Assembly: GCA_041906885.1 (NCBI GenBank) | Contig: JAYRII010000001.1 | Span: 773-64,772 of the forward strand | Direction: 5' to 3' | DNA: 64,000 bases | Origin: Candidatus Saccharimonadia bacterium | Lineage (GTDB): Bacteria; Patescibacteriota; Saccharimonadia; CAILAD01; CAZGYV01 | Shown here: positions 1 through 8,001 of the stretch, piece after piece | Position numbering within the stretch: the first letter of the stretch is position 1 | How the letters are laid out: every line of letters begins with the position of its first letter | The notes under the pieces: model-generated | What the model saw: the letters and a program-made list of their open reading frames with translations, nothing else | Told to the model about the DNA's origin: nothing | Database searches by the model: none | Translations under genes and position numbers: made by a program

Positions 1-196
1 ACCGATATCTATCGCCACATGACGATTCGAAATATCAATACTGTTCGCAAGCTCTACCAATTGATGAAACTAGAGCCATAAACTTATCGTCGAAGCTGCA
101 CTTAAAAGTCAACCAACTTAGATATCAGTTGCGTTTGCTATATTGCAAGAATAATGAGAATATCAGTAGCATACAACTTGGTGAGAAAATATATTT

Positions 197-1270
197 ATGA
201 CCGATAATGGTACCAAACAATTAGCTAAGAGGGTTTTTGTCACTACCCTAGTCGTACTAGGCATTGCCTTAATCCTTTATCTGATGTATTTAGCGCGCAA
301 ACCACTGCTATGGATTGGGATAGCCGCCTTTTTAGCGATTGCTATCAATCCATTAGTACACAAGACAAAAAAATACATGCCCAAGCACAATATAGCCTTA
401 GCAGCAGTCGTGGTACTGCTCTTGCTGTGCCTGATTGGCGGTGCGCTGATTTGGATATTTTTCGCGCCGTTCGTTCAGCAAACCATCAACCTAATCTCAG
501 CTATCCCTGAGCTAATTGGTAAGATTAACAACTCTCTGTCAAAAACTCCCTTGGCCGGGTCGACAACAATCAATCAACAGTCAATCAAAAGCTACCTAGG
601 GAGCAACGCCGGGCGACTAGTTAATACCGCCTCTCAGCTGGTGGGCATACTACTGGCATTCATCATCGGTGTGATTGATGCTGTGGTTGCTATTGTCTCG
701 ATTCTTTCATTGATGTTTTTCATGACTGTCGAAGGAAAAGCTCTGAAGAATTTCACGATCAAGCTCTTCAGGCCAAACCATCGTGACAAAGCTCTCGAGC
801 TGGGTCGCAAAGTTTATGACATTATAAATGGCTACGTGGTGGGTAACTTTACAGTTAGTATGATTTTTGGTGCATTTAGTATAGTGGCGCTGTGGTTATT
901 AAAGAGTCCTTATTTTTTGGTACTGGGTGTTGTGGCAGGACTGATAGACCTAATACCGCTGGTCGGTACAACAATCGCCGCCATTCTGATCGGTATAATC
1001 TTCGTCCTATCAGGACAACCGTGGGCAGCGGTGGCTTATATGGTGTTTTCCTTCGTCTATGTGCAGTTTGAGAATACTGTCATCAACCCAGCCGTCTACT
1101 CCAAAAATGTCAGCGTATCACCCTTGATTGTCCTCGTATCCATCCTAATCGGTGCCACCATCGCCGGCATTATCGGGGCTCTTTTGGCCATACCGGTTGC
1201 AGCGACCCTTAAAGTCATCATCAATGAACTGTATAAAAGCCGCCTAGCAACAACTTCGGATAGTGTTTAG
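197..1270 (+). CDS. AI-2E family (PerM/YdiK-like, UPF0118) membrane transporter
   Basis: 357-aa ORF with ~8 predicted TM segments and the central/C-terminal architecture of the AI-2E family. An AT-rich upstream region precedes the ATG at 197. Confidence 0.75.
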   Translation: MTDNGTKQLAKRVFVTTLVVLGIALILYLMYLARKPLLWIGIAAFLAIAINPLVHKTKKYMPKHNIALAAVVVLLLLCLIGGALIWIFFAPFVQQTINLISAIPELIGKINNSLSKTPLAGSTTINQQSIKSYLGSNAGRLVNTASQLVGILLAFIIGVIDAVVAIVSILSLMFFMTVEGKALKNFTIKLFRPNHRDKALELGRKVYDIINGYVVGNFTVSMIFGAFSIVALWLLKSPYFLVLGVVAGLIDLIPLVGTTIAAILIGIIFVLSGQPWAAVAYMVFSFVYVQFENTVINPAVYSKNVSVSPLIVLVSILIGATIAGIIGALLAIPVAATLKVIINELYKSRLATTSDSV

Positions 1271-1384
1271 AAATCTATCTGGCTCCTAAAATGAGTTTTG
1301 ACTTTATACCTTGTTATTCTTGTATTTTCTTGTAAAATTATATGTGCTATTGAGATCCGCTCAATCAGGAGACAGGGGATAAAC

Positions 1385-1750
1385 GTGAGCACTAACCCGG
1401 TAGACTGGAAGGAAATGCTTGAATCGAGCACAATCGATGACGTTTTCTCAGTCAGCTTCAAGCTGGGAGGTGGGCAGGAAGATGGCGCATTTAGAGGTGC
1501 CATTGGGCGTTTTAACTGGTATGCAAGGCGAGAAACAAATCTGGTTCGGATTGCTCTAGTGCAAGATGAGATGACTCTGCTTAAGGTTTGTGCGGATGGA
1601 GTATGGCCTGGTGAGACACCTCATAGTGGCCACCGCACCGGCATTGAGTTCTCGATTATTGGACTGATCGATATAGATCAGTTCATCCAAGACATCGAGG
1701 TGGCAGTCGAGAGCATTAAGCGTATCAAAATTGATACTACTGTCTACTAA
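1385..1750 (+). CDS. hypothetical protein (about 121 aa, start inferred at GTG 1385)
   Basis: The long ORF 1298..1750 begins in an unlikely hydrophobic, low-complexity stretch. The GTG at 1385 is preceded by GGGGA at -6 to -10. The product has no recognisable family (KLGGGQEDGAFRGAIGRFNWYARRE...). GC is somewhat above the local average. Confidence 0.4.
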   Translation: MSTNPVDWKEMLESSTIDDVFSVSFKLGGGQEDGAFRGAIGRFNWYARRETNLVRIALVQDEMTLLKVCADGVWPGETPHSGHRTGIEFSIIGLIDIDQFIQDIEVAVESIKRIKIDTTVY

Positions 1751-1784
1751 TCCTAAAAAAGGTAGATACGAAAGGATAGACTGG

Positions 1785-1952
1785 TGTTCAAGCACCTCAA
1801 GTCAGCCTTAAGCATTGTGATCGGGTGGCTCGACAAATTTATACCACCTGACTTGGATCCCAGTGATCCCAGCGAAGGAGACATGATCCCCGACGCCACA
1901 GACTACGAGTCTTTCGACTGGCACGGAGAAAACTACCGGTCAAACGACTAAA
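1785..1952 (+). CDS. small hypothetical acidic protein (55 aa, GTG start)
   Basis: Uninterrupted frame from GTG 1785 to TAA 1950-1952 with AAAGGA 8 nt upstream. It is absent from the ORF track because it is under 60 aa and lies directly downstream of the 1385..1750 ORF. No homology recognised. Confidence 0.22.
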
Positions 1953-1967
1953 AATAGTCCAATCCGT

Positions 1968-3284
1968 CTATTGAGGCTGGTGGAGCAATTCTTTCTTACT
2001 CGAAGGATGCTTCACTAGCCTCTGCTGCTTTTGACTAATTACACTACTATAGACATTGAAATAATCTCGCATCATCGTAGTAACCAAGAAGTTTTTGGCG
2101 ACATGCTGCTTGGCTGATTGACCAATTTGCAAATATTTCTTAGGATATTTTACGACATCGGCTATACGCTTGGCGTCTTTATCACGCGACCCATTAAGAT
2201 AGAAACCAGTCTTGTTGTTAATGACCTGCAGGGCAATACCGCCGACTGGGTGAGAGAAAACGATTTTTTCTTTCCAGAGCGCTTCGGTCACAGTCAAACC
2301 AAAGCCTTCCTTGGAAGAGTTCTGGATGACAACCGTAGCCAACCTTTGCAAGGCATTAACTGCCTGATTGTCGTTCTCGGTAATTATTATAATATTTTTT
2401 GCATCAAGCTTAGCCGCTCGCCTTTTGAGCTCCCGATACAGCGGATACCCCTCCGGATCATCAGTGGCGTAATTACCCATAAAAACACATTGTAAATCCG
2501 GTATTAATTTCTTAGTGGCAGCATAGATGTCCAGTACACCTAATGGGTCTTTGAATTTATCAAACCGACTGACCTGAAGTAGGTATGGCCGATTGGTATC
2601 TATACCAAGGCCACGAGCGATTGCTCTGGCGTGCAAATCATCCATTGGAGCATTTTTAGTACTCAGCGGATCAATCGCTGGTCGCACGATCGCAACCTCA
2701 TCACGCTCTAAGCCACTAATGTAGGCTTCAAGTGAAAAAATCACCCGATCAAAGGCTGGATAAAATCCAACCAGCCAAGCTAGAGCTGTCGGATCGGCCT
2801 CAGTCAGATCGATATGGCAGCGCCAAATCACCTTTTTGTCCTTTAAGTACTTGGCCAAGCCGAGTGTTTGCGGGTCATGTAAAACATATAAGTCGGCATC
2901 TTGGGGAATACTTTTAGCGACATTATCTAAATATTTCTGATAATACTCAATGTGGCCATCAAAAGGCATACCGCACTGGCCCTGCAAGCAATTATGTAGA
3001 TTTTTTGTAATTGTAAAAAAATCATCATTGGGTGGCAATACCCACCAGCGCGAATCGATCCCCAAATCTCTGGCCAGCGGCATCTGCGTCTGTAATAGTT
3101 CGGCCACACCGCCACCATCAGCAGTGGCATTGATTTCAACAATTTTCAAATTTTTGAGTGGATGAGCTGACGCGCGCAAATCTTCTAAGTCAGCCTGACT
3201 AATGACACCAGTGTAGTCTTCGAGTCGTTTTGATGAAATGTCATGAACAAACATATACAATATTGTAAATGATTTGTGCCTCAT
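1968..3284 (-). CDS. family 4 (GT-B) glycosyltransferase, trehalose synthase (TreT)-like
   Basis: 438 aa. The N-terminal ...INATADGGGVAELL... motif and a C-terminal EGFGLTVTEALW-type nucleotide-sugar binding motif are typical of GT4 and TreT-like enzymes. Confidence 0.65.
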   Translation of the reverse strand: MRHKSFTILYMFVHDISSKRLEDYTGVISQADLEDLRASAHPLKNLKIVEINATADGGGVAELLQTQMPLARDLGIDSRWWVLPPNDDFFTITKNLHNCLQGQCGMPFDGHIEYYQKYLDNVAKSIPQDADLYVLHDPQTLGLAKYLKDKKVIWRCHIDLTEADPTALAWLVGFYPAFDRVIFSLEAYISGLERDEVAIVRPAIDPLSTKNAPMDDLHARAIARGLGIDTNRPYLLQVSRFDKFKDPLGVLDIYAATKKLIPDLQCVFMGNYATDDPEGYPLYRELKRRAAKLDAKNIIIITENDNQAVNALQRLATVVIQNSSKEGFGLTVTEALWKEKIVFSHPVGGIALQVINNKTGFYLNGSRDKDAKRIADVVKYPKKYLQIGQSAKQHVAKNFLVTTMMRDYFNVYSSVISQKQQRLVKHPSSKKELLHQPQ

Positions 3285-3303
3285 AAAGCAAAAAGCTTTA
3301 GCT

Positions 3304-3332
3304 TGTCTTAAGCCTTCTTTATTGGCATAATA
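3304..3332 (+). promoter_or_regulatory. sigma70-like promoter (TTGTCT, 17 nt spacer, CATAAT) for the 3.4-4.3 kb cassette
   Basis: TTGTCT at 3304-3309 and CATAAT at 3327-3332, spaced 17 nt and located ~60 nt upstream of the first cassette ORF. Read directly from the sequence. Confidence 0.35.
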
Positions 3333-3393
3333 GCTTCGTTCTAGGGCTCTAAGGAAAGATCTTTGAGCTCGTTAGTAGGAAGGCTGCTTGATA

Positions 3394-3545
3394 TGGCAGC
3401 GCATGACCCTAGGCAGTGTGATGGTCGTTTTGAAACACGCTGTCCCATCTGCGGTGGCAACGGCACCAAAAACGCCGGTCACGCCACCTGCTGGGAGTGC
3501 AACGGTAGCGGTAAGGTGTGCGAGAAGTGTGGTAAGCCAAAGTGA
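3394..3545 (+). CDS. small DnaJ-type zinc-finger protein (three CxxCxGxG repeats)
   Basis: CPICGGNG, CWECNGSG and CEKCGKP are three CxxCxG(x)G repeats, as in the DnaJ central Cys-rich domain. The ATG at 3394 is preceded by AGGAAGG; the track ORF starts earlier, at 3363. Its stop overlaps the next start (ATGA at 3542). GC is ~55% against a ~40% background. Confidence 0.5.
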
Positions 3546-3847
3546 ATGGCGACCGCATCGAGCAAGCTGATTTCCGTCATTGGGCCAAGACCAAGTCGGA
3601 GGGCACCAACATCTGGCACGCTCTGATGTGGAATCTGCGTCCGTATCATGAAATGCCACAACTCCTGGGAGCTTGTCAGGGCAAGTACGAGTACAATCAG
3701 TTTCTGACGATAGAAGCTCTGGCTTGTATTATTAACTTACTCGAAGAAGACCATGCGTTACTTAAGGCTGTCGAAGGCATCGGCTCACGTCGCCTGGAGC
3801 AGCTAGGTAGCATACTAGCGCTGGCTACTATATGGCAACTCAAATGA
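3542..3847 (+). CDS. hypothetical protein (101 aa), cassette gene 2
   Basis: Translationally coupled to both neighbours by 4-nt and 16-nt overlaps. Elevated GC. No recognisable domain. Confidence 0.5.
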   Translation: MNGDRIEQADFRHWAKTKSEGTNIWHALMWNLRPYHEMPQLLGACQGKYEYNQFLTIEALACIINLLEEDHALLKAVEGIGSRRLEQLGSILALATIWQLK

Positions 3848-4278
3848 ATGAGAATATCAAGCTCTATTTGGGCGACTTTGTGGCTGCCTTTCCGCATCCC
3901 CATGGCAATCACGGTAATGTCCTCTGGCAAGCCGTTGTGGCCAGTCTAAGACCGGCTGACACACCCAGCGAAGAAGAATTCTGCCGCTGGATCAACGACC
4001 TATCAGGAAGGCTTAGAGGCGAGGGTCACTCCAATCGCGAGTGCCGTCAGATCAAACGAGTCCTATGTGCCAGCTACTGGCCCGGACCACCCGGTGAGCC
4101 AAAGCTAATCGAGGCTGTCGGTGATGAGTACAGAGTCGGCCAATCGATCACCGTGTGTGGGCTCAAAAGCTACGTCGCTATTCTTCGAACAGAGCCGTCA
4201 ATCCTCGAGAGAATACCTAGCTTGTCTCGATCCGGACTAAAAGTCCTCGAACAACTGAGTCAATCGGCTCACATGTAG
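3832..4278 (+). CDS. hypothetical protein (148 aa), cassette gene 3
   Basis: Overlaps the preceding ORF by 16 nt. Elevated GC. No recognisable domain. Followed immediately by a hairpin terminator. Confidence 0.5.
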   Translation: MATQMNENIKLYLGDFVAAFPHPHGNHGNVLWQAVVASLRPADTPSEEEFCRWINDLSGRLRGEGHSNRECRQIKRVLCASYWPGPPGEPKLIEAVGDEYRVGQSITVCGLKSYVAILRTEPSILERIPSLSRSGLKVLEQLSQSAHM

Positions 4279-4320
4279 CTCTGACTTCTAATTTATTAGA
4301 GGTCAGGGCTGTTTTATTTA
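4279..4320. terminator. intrinsic terminator hairpin (CTCTGACTTCTA / TAGAGGTCAGGG) plus T-run
   Basis: A 12-nt imperfect inverted repeat with a 6-nt loop is followed by CTGTTTTATTTA. It lies between the cassette end and the convergent cysS stop at 4325. Confidence 0.45.
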
Positions 4321-4324
4321 GATT

Positions 4325-5698
4325 TTAACCCGAACGCCAGTAGAGCGTGGTATCGCGTAAATCCTCCGACTCAATACCACCATTTATTAGCTTGTCACGC
4401 AGCTCGTCACTGCGACCAAAATCTTTTTGGCGACGTACTTTATCGCGCTGACGCTGTAATTCTAGCTCAGACCCACTAAATGGCTTGATTGGCCGAACTA
4501 GTTCCAGCCCTAGTATCCGATCGGCCCATCCGAGCGCTTCAGCCAAACCACCTAGAAACGGTTCAGCCTCCAATGCGGCCACAGCAGATAGAGCTTGCGG
4601 CGTATTTAGATCATCCTCCAGGGCAGCGGCAAAGCTGTCCTTAAATTGCTGTAATTTGTCATCATCCTTACGTGTCAAGCCAGCCGCCTTGGCATATTGA
4701 TTCTTACTCACCAGATCACGCAGTATCTGTAGCCTATTATGAGCGGCGGCTAACCCCTCGGACGTAAAATCCATGTGACTACGATAGTGTGCAGCCAGGC
4801 ACATCAGTCTAAAGGCCAACGGATCTTTAAAATCAGAAATTTTCTTGATATTGCCAAGCGACTTGCTCATCTTTTCTCGATCGATCGTCAAATGCTCATT
4901 GTGAATAAAAATATTAGCTAGTTTGCCACCGCTCTGAGCAATTTCGTTTTCATGGTGAGGGAATTTGAGATCAATCCCGCCCGTATGAATATCAAAAGGC
5001 ACACCCAAGTACTGGCTACTCATGGCCGAGCACTCGATATGCCAACCAGGCCGACCCGACAAGTTCTTGCCATCCAGCTCAAATTCCCAAGCTGGCTCAC
5101 CACTTTTTGCCGCCTTCCAGAGCGCAAAGTCGCCGACACCCTCCTTCTGGTCTTGATCATCAATCACTCTAGCTTGGGCGTCAAAGTGGACGTTTGTCAG
5201 GACACCGTATTTCCGACCCGACTTCTGATACTGCTCGAGACTAAAATAAATACTGCCATGAGATAAGTAGGCAATCTTACTTTTGAGAAGTTCCCGGATA
5301 ATAGCTTGCATAGTCGCAATATTATCCGTCGCCCGCGGCAACTTTGTAATATCAGCCCGACCAATACCAACCGCCTCAATGTCATCAATGAATATATCAG
5401 TATATTTATCAGCTAGCTTAGCTAAAGCGGCCAGTGGCTTTTCGTCTGGATATTCGCGCTTGGCTCGAGCAATCATCTTGTCATCCACGTCGGTGATATT
5501 GACCACCCATTTGGCTTGGAGATCTTCAATCTCGCGCAAAACTCGCACCAAAATATCAGCCGTAATAAATGAGCGCAGATTGCCGACATGGATATGGTCA
5601 TAAACGGTTGGTCCGCAGGAATACACCCCAATCTCGCCTTTTTTGATCGGCCTTAAAGTCTCTTTTGATCTGGTCAGTGAATTATATAACTTGATCAT
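4325..5698 (-). CDS. cysS: cysteinyl-tRNA synthetase
   Basis: Class I HIGH motif (HVGN) and KMSKS; full-length CysRS architecture. Confidence 0.95.
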   Translation of the reverse strand: MIKLYNSLTRSKETLRPIKKGEIGVYSCGPTVYDHIHVGNLRSFITADILVRVLREIEDLQAKWVVNITDVDDKMIARAKREYPDEKPLAALAKLADKYTDIFIDDIEAVGIGRADITKLPRATDNIATMQAIIRELLKSKIAYLSHGSIYFSLEQYQKSGRKYGVLTNVHFDAQARVIDDQDQKEGVGDFALWKAAKSGEPAWEFELDGKNLSGRPGWHIECSAMSSQYLGVPFDIHTGGIDLKFPHHENEIAQSGGKLANIFIHNEHLTIDREKMSKSLGNIKKISDFKDPLAFRLMCLAAHYRSHMDFTSEGLAAAHNRLQILRDLVSKNQYAKAAGLTRKDDDKLQQFKDSFAAALEDDLNTPQALSAVAALEAEPFLGGLAEALGWADRILGLELVRPIKPFSGSELELQRQRDKVRRQKDFGRSDELRDKLINGGIESEDLRDTTLYWRSG

Positions 5699-5699
5699 A

Positions 5700-6251
5700 C
5701 TAGTATTCTTTACCGTTATAGATTGCTCTTAAAGCCTCAGCGGCGTAACGACAGTCCTCTAGGGCGTCATGGCTATCGCGTGGAGCCAGGCCGATGGCTG
5801 CAAATGTGGCGTCCCCTCTTATCTTATCACCTTGACCGTTGCGAGCTAAATGCATATAACAAATCGGCCAAATATCGAGATAATGGTAGTCATAGATAAA
5901 GATGTCTTGGCCGATCGCGCGCAACATTTTGTCGAGTAAGCCGCGATCGAGGATCGAATTCCAACTGGCCAAGAAAACGTCGGTGCCAAATTCACTTATA
6001 AACTCTTTTATTACTTCTCGAGCATCAGGTGCGCCCTTGAGTTTATCTGGCGTCATTCCCGAAACTTTCAGCGCTTCGGAACTAGCTTTAGTCAGATCGG
6101 CCGCAATATAGCTTGAATAATGCTTTTTTTCTTTGAGAGTAATTTTATCGAGCAAGATCGCTCCAAGCTGAGTCGGATCGTGATCTGCCGGATCTAGGCC
6201 GGTTGACTCGAAATCGATTACTAAAATATCTTTGGCAAAGCCCTTTTTCAT
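5700..6251 (-). CDS. DEDDh 3'-5' exonuclease domain protein (DnaQ / Pol III epsilon-like)
   Basis: Exo I motif VIDFESTGLDP and exo III motif H-x4-D (HDALEDCRYAAE). Confidence 0.75.
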   Translation of the reverse strand: MKKGFAKDILVIDFESTGLDPADHDPTQLGAILLDKITLKEKKHYSSYIAADLTKASSEALKVSGMTPDKLKGAPDAREVIKEFISEFGTDVFLASWNSILDRGLLDKMLRAIGQDIFIYDYHYLDIWPICYMHLARNGQGDKIRGDATFAAIGLAPRDSHDALEDCRYAAEALRAIYNGKEY

Positions 6252-6364
6252 AACATCAATTATATCAGTTAAACTACCCTTTTGTTTTTCAAAAAACTAC
6301 CTTAAAATCCCTCTTCACTACCTTTCTGCGTAAAAGAATAGCAAATCTCTCCTTAAATCTAACT

Positions 6365-6490
6365 CTACTTTTGGGTTACGGCCAAAAGTAGAGATAAGGT
6401 GATAGATCCTTCGACTTCGCCCAGGATGACGGAGGGAGGATTGTCATTCTGAGTGGAGCGAAGAATCTGGCTCAGGATGACGAGAAAGAT
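6365..6490. repeat. REP-like palindromic repeat cluster (GATCCTTCGACTNCGCYCAGGATGACGG / GTCATTCTGAG...GAAGAATCTGG units)
   Basis: A perfect 10-bp hairpin (CTACTTTTGG..CCAAAAGTAG) is followed by GC-rich units with internal complementarity (CAGGATGAC/GTCATTCTG; CTGAG/CTCAG). The same family recurs at 57835..58085. Confidence 0.5.
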
Positions 6491-6523
6491 TTTTTGATAA
6501 CTTTTGGTATAAGTAATAAATTC

Positions 6524-7120
6524 CTAGTTAAACTCACGGCGATTATCGATCGCTCGCCCTAGAGTGATCTGATCAGCGTATTCCAGGTCGCCACCAACCG
6601 GCAAACCGTGAGCAAGGCGTGTCACTTTGACGCCGAGTGGTTGGATTTTTTTAGCCAAATACAACGCGGTCGTCTCGCCTTCTAGATTCGGATTGGTCGC
6701 TAGGATCACTTCCTTGACCTCGCTACCCTCTAGCTGCTTCATTAGACTCTCAATCGTCAGATCATCCGGGCCGACCCCATCGATCGGACTAATCACACCA
6801 TGCAAGACGTGGTAACGCCCACGAAAAAGGCCGGTTTTCTCGATCGCAACCATATCAAGCGGCATACTAACGACAGCAATTTGCTGCCCATCGCGATTAT
6901 GATTGTCACAGATCGCGCAAACTGGCTGATCACTAAATGTCTGACACTGGTTACAGCGCACAATACCTTTCTTGAGGCGAGCAATTGCCTCAGCTAGACT
7001 CTCGGTATTGCCATTGCGCAGCAAATAAAAGGTCAGCCGCTCAGCCGTCTTCGGACCAATGGTCGGCAACTTAGCAAATTCCTCAATCAGATAAGTCACA
7101 CTATTCGGTAATAAATCCAT
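6524..7120 (-). CDS. recR: recombination protein RecR
   Basis: N-terminal HhH, C4 zinc finger (CNQC...CAIC) and Toprim domain. Confidence 0.95.
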   Translation of the reverse strand: MDLLPNSVTYLIEEFAKLPTIGPKTAERLTFYLLRNGNTESLAEAIARLKKGIVRCNQCQTFSDQPVCAICDNHNRDGQQIAVVSMPLDMVAIEKTGLFRGRYHVLHGVISPIDGVGPDDLTIESLMKQLEGSEVKEVILATNPNLEGETTALYLAKKIQPLGVKVTRLAHGLPVGGDLEYADQITLGRAIDNRREFN

Positions 7121-7350
7121 ATGCTTTATTATACCCTACTAATTGCCTGGCTATAAATGCACTAAGCCCCAACCGGCAAGACAGTTAAGTAATACTGCAT
7201 TGGTGGTAGGTAATTACAACTAGAATATAAGCCTTAAGCCAATTGACTTGAGCAATGAAAGCCAAGCCATCCGCTATAAATTATCCGCGCCGGGAGGCGA
7301 TAATCTCCGGTCTCGCCCCTAGCCAATTATGGCTGGGGGATTTTCTTTGT

Positions 7351-7650
7351 CTAAAGCCCTGGCAAACCCAAGCCACCGGCGACATTTTTCATCCGCTCGG
7401 CTGCTTCCTGCTGCGACTTGGTGATGCCCTGATTGATGGCCGACTCGATGTGCTTCTCTAGCCGCCTCAGATCATCAAGATCAATCATGCTCGGATCAAG
7501 CGAAACCCGCTGGACCTTTTGCTCGCCGTTCATCACAATCTTAACCGCACCATTACCAGCCTCGACTTCAATCTCGATTTTCTTAAGCTCTTTTTGGATC
7601 TTACGCAGCTCCATTAGAGTTTTTGCTTTATCAAATGCCATAATTTTCAC
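7351..7650 (-). CDS. ybaB: nucleoid-associated protein YbaB/EbfC
   Basis: 99 aa with the typical YbaB length and the conserved central region. Confidence 0.9.
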   Translation of the reverse strand: MKIMAFDKAKTLMELRKIQKELKKIEIEVEAGNGAVKIVMNGEQKVQRVSLDPSMIDLDDLRRLEKHIESAINQGITKSQQEAAERMKNVAGGLGLPGL

Positions 7651-7699
7651 TCCTGTAATTAAGGTTTAAATATCTTGCTTGGTATCAATTTTAGCACAC

Positions 7700-7930
7700 T
7701 TATCTTGAGAGTGAATCTAAAGCCAAATCTAACAAATATAGAGTAATTAGCTTCGAGTATAGTTCTAGGCGCAAATGAAGCCCAAATCGATAATGTTAGC
7801 GTGTTTGACATTAGTATATAGTTCAAGGCGCTAGCGAAGCCCGAAGTGGCTACTCCATGACAAAGTTTAGCATACTTAGCTTGAACGCAAATCAAGGCAC
7901 CAGCGAAGCCCGAAACGAAGCGTACTAATT
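7700..7930. repeat. degenerate tandem repeats (about 3 copies of ~60-70 bp) containing the AGGCGC-N-GAAGCCCGAA core
   Basis: The three copies read ...ttctaggcgcaaatgaagcccaaatcg..., ...ttcaaggcgctagcgaagcccgaagtgg... and ...caaggcaccagcgaagcccgaaacgaagcg.... Intergenic and noncoding. Confidence 0.4.
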
Positions 7931-8001
7931 ATGTACGCGGAGTGAGGACTGGAGATGCCAACGAAGAAATATGCTGGTGTCAGACATGCGACTATAAGAG
8001 A

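Noticed and set aside
1-81. Possible 3' end of a plus-strand gene entering from the left edge (...TDIYRHMTIRNINTVRKLYQLMKLEP*)
   Set aside because: Only 27 codons are visible with no recognisable motif, so it cannot be distinguished from noncoding sequence.
7255-7461. Track ORF in the ybaB-recR spacer
   Set aside because: It overlaps the ybaB 3' end in antisense and lies across the hairpin-rich spacer, with no SD. It is more likely noncoding structured RNA/DNA.
7700-7930. Possible CRISPR array
   Set aside because: The repeats are degenerate (about 70% identity) and of unequal length, with no regular unique spacers and no cas genes anywhere in the window. I treat this as a degenerate tandem repeat.
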